Part shown: piece after piece, positions 51,560-63,708 of the stretch
Position numbering within the stretch: position 1 is the first letter of the stretch
How the letters are laid out: each line of letters starts with the position of its first letter
Source of the DNA: Octopus sinensis
Taxonomy: Eukaryota
DNA length: 64,000 bases
Assembly: GCF_006345805.1 (NCBI RefSeq)
Contig: NC_043021.1
Location: 21,886,001 to 21,950,000, forward strand
Direction of reading: 5' to 3'
Program-made: the position numbers and the translations under genes
Notes under the pieces: model-generated
Seen by the model: only the letters and a program-made list of their open reading frames with translations
Database searches by the model: none
Told to the model about the DNA's origin: nothing

Positions 51560-52090
51560 TTCGAAAAAATTGGTGGTGCCAAGGTGGATTGGTGGGGAGA
51601 GAGTCGGATCAGGGTGGGTGGGTGGTGGTGGTGTTGGTGGTGGTGCTGATGCTTGTCGGTGATGGTGGTGGAGTAGGAGGAGGAGGAGGAGGGCTGAGAT
51701 TTTGGTATTTATTGATTTATGCATTTTTAACAAAAAAATATTTGCTGAAGTTGTCGTAGAATTACTTATCACTTGTACTTTGTGTGTGTGTGTGTGTGAG
51801 TTTGCGCGTGTGTGTGTGTGCATGTGTGTGTGTGCTTGGAAGGTTTGGGAATGTGTATAATAAGAATAGAATAAGTGGTGGTGATGGTGGTGTTGGTAAT
51901 GGTGGTGGAGGTAGTAACAGGAATGGTGGTGGTAGCGGTAGGAATGGTAATAGTGGTAGGAATTGTGGTGGTAGGGGGGGGGATGTGAGGGGTGTGGGTG
52001 GTGTGGTGAATTTGATAAGTGCAACACAGGGATCAGAATGGTGGTGGTGGTGGTGGTGGTGTGAGGGGTGTTGGTGGGTGTGGGAATTTG
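51560..52090. repeat. G-rich (GGT)n low-complexity tract
   Basis: Read directly; related tracts at 26270-26410 and 42510-42700. Confidence 0.8.
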
Positions 52091-52221
52091 ATTTGACACA
52101 TGATCAGATTGGTTTGTTGGCTGTTGGTTTCTCTTGTCAAAGAAGAAAATGAGCAGAAACAAAAGAGATCCCTGATACACTAGAAAACCAAATATTTATG
52201 CGTGTGAGTGTGTGTATATTA

Positions 52222-52256
<35 letters not shown>

Positions 52257-52403
52257 CAAAGAGCAATAAAGATTCAAGTTAATTTAAAAAAATTTACTTG
52301 AATATGGTACCTAACTTAGATGCACCAAAAAAACTATACTGATTTAACAATACAGTAATGTGGGGTGATTATAAGCGAGAAAGAAGCAACAAGAATGGAT
52401 AGG

Positions 52404-52494
52404 TTTTAGTACGATCGTTTCATACAAGGACAGGTTTTATTAAAAGTTGCAAAGATTACAGCATATAAACGAGTCCCATACTCATCAGCTAAAA
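52404..52494 (-). ncRNA. Type I hammerhead ribozyme with extended (60-nt) helix II, core intact (family H4)
   Basis: Minus strand TTTTAG-CTGATGA-[GTATGGGAC...GTCCTTGTAT]-GAAAC-GATCGT-A-CTAAAA: perfect 6-bp helix I, palindromic helix III ACGATCGT, NUH=GUA. Confidence 0.72.
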
Positions 52495-52863
52495 TACATG
52501 TAAGTTCTCTAGAACCTAGGTTTGAGGCTATACTCATGAAGTAATGTAGATAATTAAACAGATTTCTAAAGTTCATTAAAGTTCTTTAAAGATGATGTAT
52601 AGTCTTATCACAGAATATTAAAAAGTTTTGATAGCATCACAGAGAAGGTGACCTAATCCATATGAGTTTCCATAGATATCTATGGAAACTCATATGGATT
52701 AGGTCACCTTCTCTGTGATGCTATCAAAACTTTTTTAATATTCTGTGATAAGACTATACATCATCTTTAAAGAACTTTAATGAACTTTAGAAATCTGTTA
52801 ATTATCTACATTACTTCATGAGTATAGCCTCAAACACTAGGATGTCTAGAGAACTTACATGTA

Positions 52864-52954
52864 TTTTAGCTGATGAGTACGGGACTCGTTTTTATATCTG
52901 TAATCTTTGCAACTTTTAATAAAACCTGTCCTTGTATGAACGATCGTACTAAAA
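52864..52954 (+). ncRNA. Mirror copy of the H4 hammerhead; reads GAAC instead of GAAAC (inactive or base-call error)
   Basis: TTTTAG-CTGATGA-GTACGGGAC...GTCCTTGTAT-GAAC-GATCGT-A-CTAAAA. Confidence 0.6.
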
Positions 52955-53079
52955 CCTATCCATTCTTGTTGCTTCTTTCTCGCTTATATATAGAATATAT
53001 ATATATATATATATATCTGTATATATATATATATAATAATGTATATATATGTGTATATATATATATGTATATATATGTG

Positions 53080-53111
<32 letters not shown>

Positions 53112-53510
53112 ATATATATAATATATTATATATATATATACACACTATCTAGCAATAGTCCATGTGAAAGTCTCAGGTTTTGAAACTCAACTCAATAAAA
53201 TCAATCATCTCTATGACAGAAGGCTGTAATAGTTCCTTTGTTGTTTTTACTGTTCTTGTTTTGTTTTTGCTTACAATGCACACACACACACAGACACACA
53301 CACACACACACATACACATTACATATTGCAATAACTTGAACAAATATTCAAACCCTTAGAAAACACATGTATTTCGTCTTGAGATTTATAGAATGGCTTT
53401 TATTTTCCTCTACCAGTTCTTCCGCACACACACACTCATTTATAGATAGATGCCTTATGTTCGTATTTGAATATCTATATATGTACATCATACATATGTA
53501 TATATATATT

Positions 53511-53545
<35 letters not shown>

Positions 53546-53787
53546 TATATATACACATATTACACACACATATATATATATATGTTTTGTATATTTATAT
53601 GATATATGTTTGCATATAGATATACATGTATATAAATATATACATACATACATACATGTATATATATATGTATATATATATATATATTATATATATATAT
53701 CTATATATATGTATACATACAGGCAAATGCACATGCATCCAAATTCATACCATACATACATATAATATATATATATATATATATACC

Positions 53788-53820
<33 letters not shown>

Positions 53821-54339
53821 GCATATAATATTGCATATGTATATAAGAGAAGAGCATTTCAGCGCTTCTTATAAACATGTTATATTAAAAACAAGACTTT
53901 ATCCAAATTTATTTATATTTCTTTTATCAAAGTTTCGTATTTTCATATATTTCCTCTGAGTTCATTTCTATTTGTTTGGGACAGTAATATTCACAAAATC
54001 CATCATCCATCTTTCTGAAATCTTCCGAGTCTCATCTTCTGTATGAAGTGATATTACTGCCTTTTGTTGTTGTTATTGTTGTTGTTGTTGTTGCAGTTGC
54101 CGTTGCCCTAGTATAAACTGAGCCATTGTGATTGGTGTAGACATTCCGACTGCTTCAGCTCGGATTTTGTTGCCTAGTTGTTCATACATTGTTAGTTATC
54201 ATCATCATCATCAGCATCTTCATTTTCATTATCATCATCCTTGTCATAAACAGCATCATCATCATCATCATCATCATCATCAACAGCAGGAGCAGGAGCA
54301 GAATTTTGTTTTTTGATGTCTGTTTTTCCATGGCTCTCT

Positions 54340-55215
54340 TTACTCTTTTACTCTTTTACTTGTTTCAATCTTTTGACTGTGGCCATGCTGGAGCACTGCC
54401 TTTAGTCGAGCAACTCGACCCCGGGACTTATTCATTTTTTGTAAGCCCAGTACTTATTCTATCGGTCTATTTTTGCCGAACCGCTAAGTTACGGGGGACG
54501 TAAACACACCAGCATCGGTTGTCAAGCAATGCTAGGGGAACAAACACAGACACACAAACAAACACACATACACGCATGGATCTGAAGCAGGTTTTCTACC
54601 ACCAGATGTCCTTCCTGTCAGCAACCCCCTCGTTTTTTTCCCCAAGTAAGCTAATATTCCCCTGTGAACAAACTTGTTTCCAAGGAAGATGAACAACAAA
54701 AACGGACACTCATTTACAAACACAACACAATGTCAAAACAAGGATACCCTCACACATACACAAACAAGCATATACACACACACATACATAGCAAGCTTCT
54801 TTCAGTTTCCTTACTCTCTTTACTTGTTTGAGTGTTTTTCACTGCGGCCATGCTGGAGCACCGCCTTTAATCGAGCAACTCGACCCCAGGACTTATTCTT
54901 TTGTAAGCCCAGTACTTATTTTATCGGTCTCTTTTGCCGAACCGTTAAGTGACGGGGACATAAACACACCAGCATCAGTTGTCAAGCGATGTTGGGGGGA
55001 CAAACACAGACATACAAACATACATGCACACACACATACACATACATATATACGATGGGCTTCTTTCAGTTTCCGCCTACCAAATCTACTCACAAGGCTT
55101 TCGTCGGCCCGAGGCTATAATAGAAGACAGTTGCCCAAGGTGCCACGTAGTGGGACTGAACCAGGAACCATGTGGTTGGGAAGCAAGCTACTTACCACAC
55201 AGCCACTCCTGTGCC
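54340..55215 (-). mobile_element. Two SINE A copies (3' half 54340-54560; full length 54812-55215)
   Basis: Homology. Confidence 0.85.
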
Positions 55216-55351
55216 TTCTGAATCCATTCAAGATTTTGATCAGCCTTGACCTATAATAGAGAAACACTTGTCCTAGGTGCCATGCTGTGGAACTGAACCA
55301 AAAACCATGGATTTGCAATGCAAGCTTCTTTTTGCTACACAGCCATGCCAG

Positions 55352-55733
55352 GTCTCAGACATCCTTTATTCTCTAGAAAAACGCAGACGCCGTGGTGATT
55401 TCATTCATGCTCACAACATCATAAGCAGAAAGTGTAACATCACGAAAGAGCTGTTCTTCACTCCTGCTCCAGAGCGTCAGCTGCGGGGTCACTCCGAAAA
55501 GCTCTATCTGCGACGATTTCATCTCAATCGAAGGAGAGGGGCTTTCTCCGTCCGGGTTGCGGATCCGTGGAATAAGCTGCCGAACGAGATAGTGAAGATG
55601 CCGACGACTGCTCGGTTCAAAGCCTCCCTTGACCACAAGTGGCCTGAACTCCCTATACATAACTCCATGCCCCCCTACATGGCCTTGCTTTTTGCTTTTT
55701 GAGCCAAAAAATTAACTAACTAACTAACTAACT
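55352..55733 (+). mobile_element. CR1-clade LINE 3' fragment with (AACT)n tail
   Basis: LYSLEKRRRRGDFI...RGHSEKL...RRGAFSVRVADPWNKLP matches the CR1 C-terminal signature; CpG-rich, so probably young. Confidence 0.85.
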
Positions 55734-56033
55734 ATCCAAGGCAGTGTAACTTGATCCTAAACCAGAAGAGATAGAGATTGAAAGGAAGCATCTTAACCAT
55801 ACAGCCATTCTGTATGGTATCTTCTGTTAATACTTTATTTATTGACTCTGAAAGAACAAAAGACAAAGTTTACCTGGGTGGGATTTGAACTCTCTTCGGA
55901 GTTGCTTACTGCTGATTATTGTTTCATGAACAAATCTATGTGGGCAACCCAATGTGGTCATCTTGACCTTTCAGAAGCAGCAGCTGAATCTTCTCAAATC
56001 ATGTCTGCCAACCTACCTATCTAAATCTATCTA

Positions 56034-56132
<99 letters not shown>

Positions 56133-56166
56133 CTCTATCTATCTATCTATCTATCTATCTAGTTGT

Positions 56167-56198
<32 letters not shown>

Positions 56199-56346
56199 GT
56201 GTGTATGTATGTATGTATGTATGTATCTCTTTCTCTCTCTCCCTCTCTCTATGTATCTATCAGTCTCTCCACCTATCTATCTATCTATCCATTCATCTCT
56301 CTCTCTCTATCTAGCTATCTATCTGTGTGTGAGTGTTCGTTCATAT

Positions 56347-56383
<37 letters not shown>

Positions 56384-56927
56384 TGTATGTATGTATGTAT
56401 GTATGTATGCAGCTGTCACTGAATCTATCTATCCATCAATCTCGCTAACAATATACCTCCCCCTCTCTCTCTCCCTCTCTCTTCCCCCTCTCATTCTTTC
56501 TGTCCCCACCCCCACCACCTCTCCATCTCCTTCTTTATTTTACTTCCTCATCTAACATTTCCTTTTCCCCAGTTATATCTTGTCTTATTGTCTCATTCAC
56601 CTGTTTCATTTCTTTTTCTTTTCTCTTCTCTTTTGTTTTTTTTTTTTACCGGTCTGTCTGTGTGTCACACTCAGCAAGAAAGAAAGAAAAAAAAACAACA
56701 CAAAAAAAACACCAAAAAGCAAAACAGAAACTAGTTGTTTTCGTATTTATTTATTTAATTATTGTGTTCCTTCTGTTCATTTTGCTTCCATTTGTATTTC
56801 GGTTAATGCAAAGATCCTTTGGGTGTCTTCCAGAGGAAATAATCATAATTCCACCCTTACAACTCAAGTTCTTCACAGATCTTTTTTTTTCTTTCACTTA
56901 ATGATTTTTTGTTCTCTTTTCCTCAAT

Positions 56928-56959
<32 letters not shown>

Positions 56960-57721
56960 TAATTTATTTTTGTTGTTGTTGTTGCTGATTACAATTTTAT
57001 ATTCGATGGTTGTTTTTCTATTACAACAACAACAGCAACAACAAAATTAATGAAATACAGAATTTCTATTAACAGATCAGAAAAGATGACTAAAGAAATG
57101 TAAACATCATTCATACATACATATACATACATACATATATACATACACACAGATATGTACATCATCATCATCATCATCATCTTCATCATCGTTTAATGTC
57201 TATTTGCTGTACTGGCATGGTTCGGAGGTTTCACGGGATCAGGTTAGCCTCAGGGTTGCTTTGTGCTCCCTGTTCAGCTTTGGCATGAAATCTATGGCTA
57301 GATGCCCTTCCTTGCTTTAATTTTTGTGTGCCACAGCATCATCATCATCAGCAGCAGCAGCAGTGACAGCATTTCACATCTGTTATCCCTGCAGCCACAG
57401 GACGGATGACTCGACAGGAGCTGGCAAGGCCAGGGGTCACAAAAGGTTCTGTTGTCTATCTTGGCTTAATGTTTGCAGATGGATGCTCTTCTTGTCTTTG
57501 AAGACTCATATTGTCGTTCAATGCTCGAAATGAGAAGTAGATAGACAGTCGACAACTGATGAAGGGTCATTCTTTAAATTACTTGTCCTCTTTTCCATTT
57601 GTTTCTCTCATTGTTTGCATATTGAACTCATTTGTTTTCATATTTCATGTTGTTTACTGTTGGTAAATATATGTATATATATATATATATATATGCATAT
57701 ATATATATATATATTATTATA

Positions 57722-58086
57722 GGCGCAGGAGTGGTTGTGTGGTAAGTAGCTTGCTTACCAACCATGTGGTTCTGGGTTCAGTCCCACTGCGTGGCATCTT
57801 GGGCAAGTGTCTTCTATTATAGCCTCGGGCCGTTGTGAGTGGATTTGGTTGACGGAAACTGAAAGAAGCCTGTCGTATATATGTGTGTGTTTGTCCCCCT
57901 AGCATTGCTTGACAACTGATGCTGGTGTGTTTATGTCCCCGTCACTTAGCGGTTTGGCAAAAGAGACCGACAGAATAAGTACTGGGCTTACAAAAGAATA
58001 AGTCCCGTGGTTGAGTTGCTTGACTAAAGGCGGTGCTCCAGCATGGCCACAGTCAAATGACTGAAACAAGTAAAAGAGTAAAAGAG
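57722..58086 (+). mobile_element. SINE A
   Basis: Homology. Confidence 0.88.
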
Positions 58087-58211
58087 TTATTATTTGATTG
58101 AATGCCTTGCATCCATTTCCAAGTAAGTTTATATATATATAAGTTAATATATTTGTTGTGCAAGATTTTTTATAAACACACATACACATGATGATGCTAT
58201 AGATACATACA

Positions 58212-58245
<34 letters not shown>

Positions 58246-58636
58246 TCAATAAGGACAAGATCACTAATTTAAATTAAATAATGATCTTACCAAGTGGCCA
58301 GCATGGAAATAAAAACCTTCAAAGGTAATAATTATTATTAAAATTATAATTTAAGGTATCTAAGAGATACTGCCATGCTGGAAATAGCAGCCAAGATCTG
58401 ACTCTAAAACCACATTTAATGCCCATACAGCACAAGGAGAGAAGACAATAAGACGAAATTAAACAAGTAAAATTACTTGATAATTCCATATATATAGGGA
58501 GATGTACTTGCATAGCGAGTGACTTGATCTGAGATCGTGTGCTGAAACGAAAACAATTGCAGCGTGGAAGGTGTTTGTAAGCCATTTAAGAAACACACAA
58601 AAGCCGTTCGATTCACTTCAACATTTAAGTTTAATT

Positions 58637-58683
58637 TGTCAAAATATTTTCGTCGCTTTAAGACCGCGACCTGTTCACTGACA
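58637..58683 (-). ncRNA. Variant type I hammerhead (G3/C8 core, family H5), left arm
   Basis: Minus strand TGTCA-GTGAACA-G-GTCGC(GGTCTTAAA)GCGAC-GAAA-ATATT-T-TGACA. Confidence 0.65.
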
Positions 58684-58696
58684 GGCAGCATGGATT

Positions 58697-58747
58697 TTTG
58701 TCAGTGAACAGGTCGTGGTCTTAAAGCGACGAAAATATTTTGACAAA
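58697..58747 (+). ncRNA. Variant type I hammerhead (G3/C8 core, family H5), right arm
   Basis: TTTGTCA-GTGAACA-G-GTCGT(GGTCTTAAA)GCGAC-GAAA-ATATT-T-TGACAAA: 7-bp helix I, 5-bp helix II, palindromic helix III AATATT. Predicted cut 58740/58741. Confidence 0.68.
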
Positions 58748-58874
58748 TTAAACTTAAATTTTGAAGTGAATCAAACAGCTTTTGTGTGTTTCTTAAATGG
58801 CTTACAAACACCTTCCACGCTGCAATTGTTTCCATATATATATATATATATATACATATAGGTAGATAGTAGTT

Positions 58875-59140
58875 GTGATACCTGTGCTGGTGGCATGTAA
58901 AAAGCACCGTCCGAACGTGGCAGATGCCAGCGCCACCTTGACTGGCTTCTGTGCCGGTGGCACGTAAAAAGCACCAACCGATCGTGGCTGCTGCCAGCCT
59001 CCCCTGGCATGTAAAAAGCACCCACTACACTCACGGAGTGGTTGGCGTTAGGAAGGGCATCCAGCTGTAGATACACTGCCAGATCAGACTGGAGCCTGGT
59101 GCAACCTCCTGGCTTCCCAGACCCCGGTCGAACCGTCTAC
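58875..59140 (+). mobile_element. Family D (RTE 3' UTR) copy
   Basis: GGCACGTAAAAAGCACC modules, then GGTTGGCGTTAGGAAGGGCATCC. Confidence 0.8.
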
Positions 59141-60334
59141 AGCAATTGCCAAGCTGTTAATGTTGCTAGTCTACCATTATTGCCAATCTGTTACAACCAT
59201 CAATCCACAACCACTGCCAGGCTATCAAAGGTGTCAGGGCACTGAAATTGCCTGATCATCAGAATAGCCAATCTACCCTCATTGCCAATCTTTCTCAGTT
59301 GCTAATCCACCAATGTTGTCAATTTGCTATGAAGGGGCAATCAACCTCTGTTATCAATGATAATGATAAATACTGATACTGATGATGATGATGATGTCAA
59401 CACATGATGATGATGATGATGATGTCGACACAGGATGATGATGGTCATAATGTCAACACATGTCAATGATGATGATAATGATAAAGGTGATGATGGTGAT
59501 GGTGGAAAAGATGGCTATGACGATGCTGGTGATGATGATAGTGATGACATTGATGATGATGATAATCATAATGAGGATGATGATGATGGTGTTGGTGATG
59601 ATTATGATGTCGATGATGATGACGATGATAATGATGACAATGATGGTGATGATGATGATGATAATGACAGTTGTGACAGAAGAGAGCTGGCTGTTACATT
59701 GATGATGATTAAGCTAATGACGTAATTAAACAACCAATCCTTTGTTAGATGAAGAATACTTCCATCCGGAACAGAGGCATTAATGCTAACAACAGCAGCA
59801 GCAACAACAACAACAACAACAACAAAAACCAACAACTACAACTGACACAAGAAAATTATACGAAAGAAATGGCAAAAAATATAATTAATAAGGTAAAAAA
59901 AAAAAGAAACTAAAACAGCAACAAAAAAGCATAAAGAAGAAAAGAAAGACAAAATTTTCAAAAAAATTCCTCTTCAAAACAAAAACTATTCTTAAATGTA
60001 ACGGAATTGCAGAAAATGGTAAAAAGAGGGAAAAATAAAGAAGGAAGGAAAGAAGGAAAAAAAAACTTTTCCATATTGTGTTTGACAGCTTCTATAAAAG
60101 AAATAGTGATAACATCTATATGTAGGAAATATCGTTAATAATAATAATAATAATAATAATATAATAATAATAATAATAATAATGACGACGACGATGATGA
60201 TGATGATGATGATTATGATGATTGTGTAAAGAATAATGATGATAATGTTGGTAAGGGTAATAATGGTGATGATAATAACAGTGATGATGATGATGATGAT
60301 AATAATTATTATAATAATAATGATAATAATGATA

Positions 60335-60788
60335 ATTAATGATGAAAATTATAATAACAACAATGATAATGATAATAATAATAATTATTAATAATAATAA
60401 TAACGATGATGATGATGATAATAATCATAATATCATAATAATAATAATAATGATAATAATAATAAATGATGAAAATTATAATAACAACAATGATGATGAT
60501 AATAATAATAATAATAATAATAATTATGATGATAATAATAATAATAATAATCATAATAATCATAATAATAATAATGATAATGATAATAATAAATGATGAA
60601 AATTATAATAACAACAATGATAATGATAATAATAATAATTATTATAATAATAATAATAACGATGATGATGATGATAATAATCATAATAATCATAATAATA
60701 ATAATAATGATAATAATAATAAATGATGAAAATTATAATAACAACAATGATGATGATAATAATAATAATAATAATAATAATTATGATG

Positions 60789-60819
<31 letters not shown>

Positions 60820-61200
60820 TAATAATAATGATGAAAATTATAATAACAACAATGATATGATAATAATAATAAATGATGAAAATTATAATAACAACAATGA
60901 TAATGATAATAATAATAATTATTAATAATAATAATAACGATGATGATGATGATAATAATCATAATAATCATAATAATAATAATATGATAATAATAATAAA
61001 TGATGAAAAATTAAATAACAACAATGATGATGATAATAATAATAATAATAATATAATAATGATAATATAATAATATAATAATCATAATAATCATAATAAT
61101 AATAATGATAATGATAATAATAAAATGATGAAAATTATAATAACAACAATGATAATGATAATAATAATAATTATTATAATGATAATAATAACGATGGTGG
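60335..61200. repeat. Higher-order (~127-bp, A/B alternating) repeat of degenerate AAT/GAT microsatellite
   Basis: Marker AATGATGAAAATTATAATAACAACAATGAT recurs at about 60338, 60465, 60592, 60722, 60827, 60872, 60999, 61124. Confidence 0.8.
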
Positions 61201-61445
61201 TGATGATAAAGGATGAAAATGACATCAATAATATGTATTAATGATAATAATAGAGGTAATAATAAGGATGTTAATAAGAAAACTGATGACAATGATGATG
61301 ATGGTAGTAGTAGTAGCAGCAGCAGCAGTAATGCTAGTGATAATAAATAATAAAAGACTTAAAGGGAGAGAACAAGAGGGAGAACAGCGATGCAGTCAAG
61401 GCGCTAATGATATGCAATGCAGGTGATGTGCATGTATGCGTGTGG

Positions 61446-61481
<36 letters not shown>

Positions 61482-61811
61482 TGCATGTTGCACTGGGTGA
61501 TGGCACTAGTATAAAAACCAAAAAAAATAAGTAAAAAAAGATCCTATCTTCCACTTATTAGAACCGGTAATTAACTAATAAATTAACAGAGTAAAGGATT
61601 AAAATAAAAATAAATAAATAGTATTTATTTTAAAAAATGGTAATTACATTAGGAAAGAAAAAAACAGAAAAGCTATATACAAAACAAAGGAAATATCATT
61701 GTTTTATTTGCTTTCTATGTTTTTGTCTTTTGTATTTATTTTTATGGTGTATTAGTCTTTCATTTATGATTTCATAAGAAAGAAGGCTGCCAGCTGGCAG
61801 AATTGTCAGCA

Positions 61812-62370
61812 AGAGTGGCTGTGTGGTAAGTAGCTTGCTTACCAGCCACATGGATCTGGGTTCAATCCCACTGCGTGGCATCTTCAGCAAGTGTCTTCTA
61901 CTATAGCCTCGGGCCGACCAAAGCCTTATGAGTGGATTTGGTAGATGGAAACTAAAGAAGCCAATCATCATCATCATCATCGTTTAACGTCCGCTTTCCA
62001 TGCTAGCATGGGTTGGACGGTTCAACTGGGGTCTGGGAAGCCAGAAGGCTGCACCAGGCCCAGTCTGATCTGGCAGTGTTTCTACAGCTGGATGCCCTTC
62101 CTAACGCCAAATGTATATATATATAAATATATGAATGTGTGTGTGTGTGTGTTTCTGTTTGTGTGTCTTTGTTTGTCCCCCAACGTCGCTTGGCAACCGA
62201 TGCTGGTGTTTTTACGTCCCCATAACTTAGCGGTTCGGCAAAAAGAGACCGATAGAATAAGTACTGGGCTTACAAAAGAATAAGTCCCGCGGTCGATTTG
62301 CTCGACTAAAGGCGGTGCTCCAGCATGGCCGCAGTCAAATGACTGAAACAAGTAAAAGAGTAAAAGAGTA
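61812..62370. mobile_element. SINE A (+) split by a family D copy (-) at ~61965-62110
   Basis: SINE A head 61812-61960, D tail, then SINE A 3' half 62125-62370. Confidence 0.8.
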
Positions 62371-62734
62371 TTTGAAACCAGCCAAATCCCCTCGCATGCA
62401 GTGGGATTGAACCCAAAATCATGTGGCTTGGCAAAAAACATTTTATTCACACAACCACACTTGGACCTATGTATGTATGTCCGTCCATCTGTCTGTCCGT
62501 CTGTCCATTCCTGGTCACTACAGACATGTTTTTCTCAGACTATTTTTTTCCTTCTCTCTGAACCTTTCCCCTTTCTGATGAAGAGCCATCCTCAAAACCT
62601 CTCACAATCTCTCTTTTCCCCATCTTAAACTTTCTCTGAGCATCAGTCTAATACATTCACCATGCGCATCTTTTTAGCTTTTGTTGTTTTGTCATTTGTC
62701 ATTTTTAATTTTTGATTTGTCCACACACACACAC

Positions 62735-63060
62735 ATCATCATCATCATTGTTCGACCGTGGTCGAGACAATGGAATTTACCATGCTACGCCAGACTTCAC
62801 GATCCATCATGGCATTACGGAGGTCCTGTTGCTGGATGCCTGTATCCCTGGATATTACATCAGGGTAGGAGAGTGTGTGCCCTCTGGTATTGCGTGTAGA
62901 TGGCTTCCAGAGGAGAAGAGTAGAAATTACCTCTTTTTCAGCTCTACAACAATGTCCAGCAAACTGGACTCTCCTACCTTTCACAAGAGATGACACAGGT
63001 GGTAGTTTCCCATATATTTGCATTTTGGTTGGATGGCGCTTCCACGAGAGATTTTGAGCT
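62735..63060 (-). mobile_element. RTE-type LINE 3' end (STTVEQ family)
   Basis: Open frame 63023->62745; (TGA)n tail. Confidence 0.85.
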
Positions 63061-63351
63061 CACACACACACACACACATAATAATAGGAATAAAAGGCAT
63101 TAAAATATCCAGGGAGATATCAATAAAGCACTCATATCTGAATGAATTTGGTTCTCTATATCCAATGATCAGACACCAATAGATGCAAGCAGAAAACACA
63201 TCCAAAGTAATTCCTCATGTATGGCCAGTCAATCCAAATATCATTAAGAAGAATTTTGAGAAATTCAGATGACAAAAATACGGATGCATAAAATCACATC
63301 TTTAATTATAGAATCCATTTTACAATACCAACAATTGTTTTTGTTGAAGTA

Positions 63352-63708
63352 ACGGGTTCAGTCCCACTGCATGGCATCTTGGGCAAGTGTCTTCTGCTAT
63401 AGCCTCGGGCCGACCAATGCCTTGTGAGTGGATTTGGTAGATGGAAACTGAAAGAAGCCTGTCGTGTATATGTATATATATGTATGTGTGTATATTTGTG
63501 TGTCTGTGTTTGTCCCCCTAGCATTGCTTGACAACCAATGCTGGTGTGTTTACGTCCCCGTAACTTAGCGGTTCGGCAAAAGAGACTGATAGAATAAAGT
63601 ACTGGGCTTACAAAGAATAAGTCCCGGGGTCGATTTGCTCGACTAAAGGCAGTGCTCCAGCATGGCTGCAGTCAAATGACTGAAACAATTAAAAGAGTCA
63701 AAGAGTAA
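63352..63708 (+). mobile_element. SINE A, slightly 5'-truncated
   Basis: Homology. Confidence 0.88.

Larger units (their letters stand above)
52256..52988. mobile_element. Inverted (head-to-head) Penelope-like pLTR pair, ~308-bp arms, no spacer
   Basis: 52370-52677 is the reverse complement of 52678-52988 (centre CATAGAT|ATCTATG) with a few small differences. The left copy extends ~115 bp further. Both ends run into (TA)n and each arm carries an HHR motif. Confidence 0.75.
58490..58833. mobile_element. Inverted (head-to-head) Penelope-like pLTR pair, 133-bp arms, 15-nt spacer
   Basis: 58551-58683 versus 58699-58831 differ at 4 positions, 3 of them CpG-type. The left copy extends ~60 bp further. 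Both ends abut (TA)n. Confidence 0.75.

Noticed and set aside
51560-52090. G-quadruplex potential of GGT/G-run tracts
   Set aside because: Mostly two-G runs in ordinary microsatellite; nothing specific supports function.
52370-52988. Palindrome as a pure sequencing foldback artefact
   Set aside because: Not excluded, but disfavoured: the arms are bounded, end in (TA)n, differ at several sites, and the same architecture recurs at four other loci.
53930-54170. Minus-strand polyQ-containing frame (MYEQLGNK...QQQ*QQQKAV...) and a short frame KMDDGFCEYYC...
   Set aside because: Interrupted by stops, built around a (CAA)n microsatellite and with no coherent splice pair.
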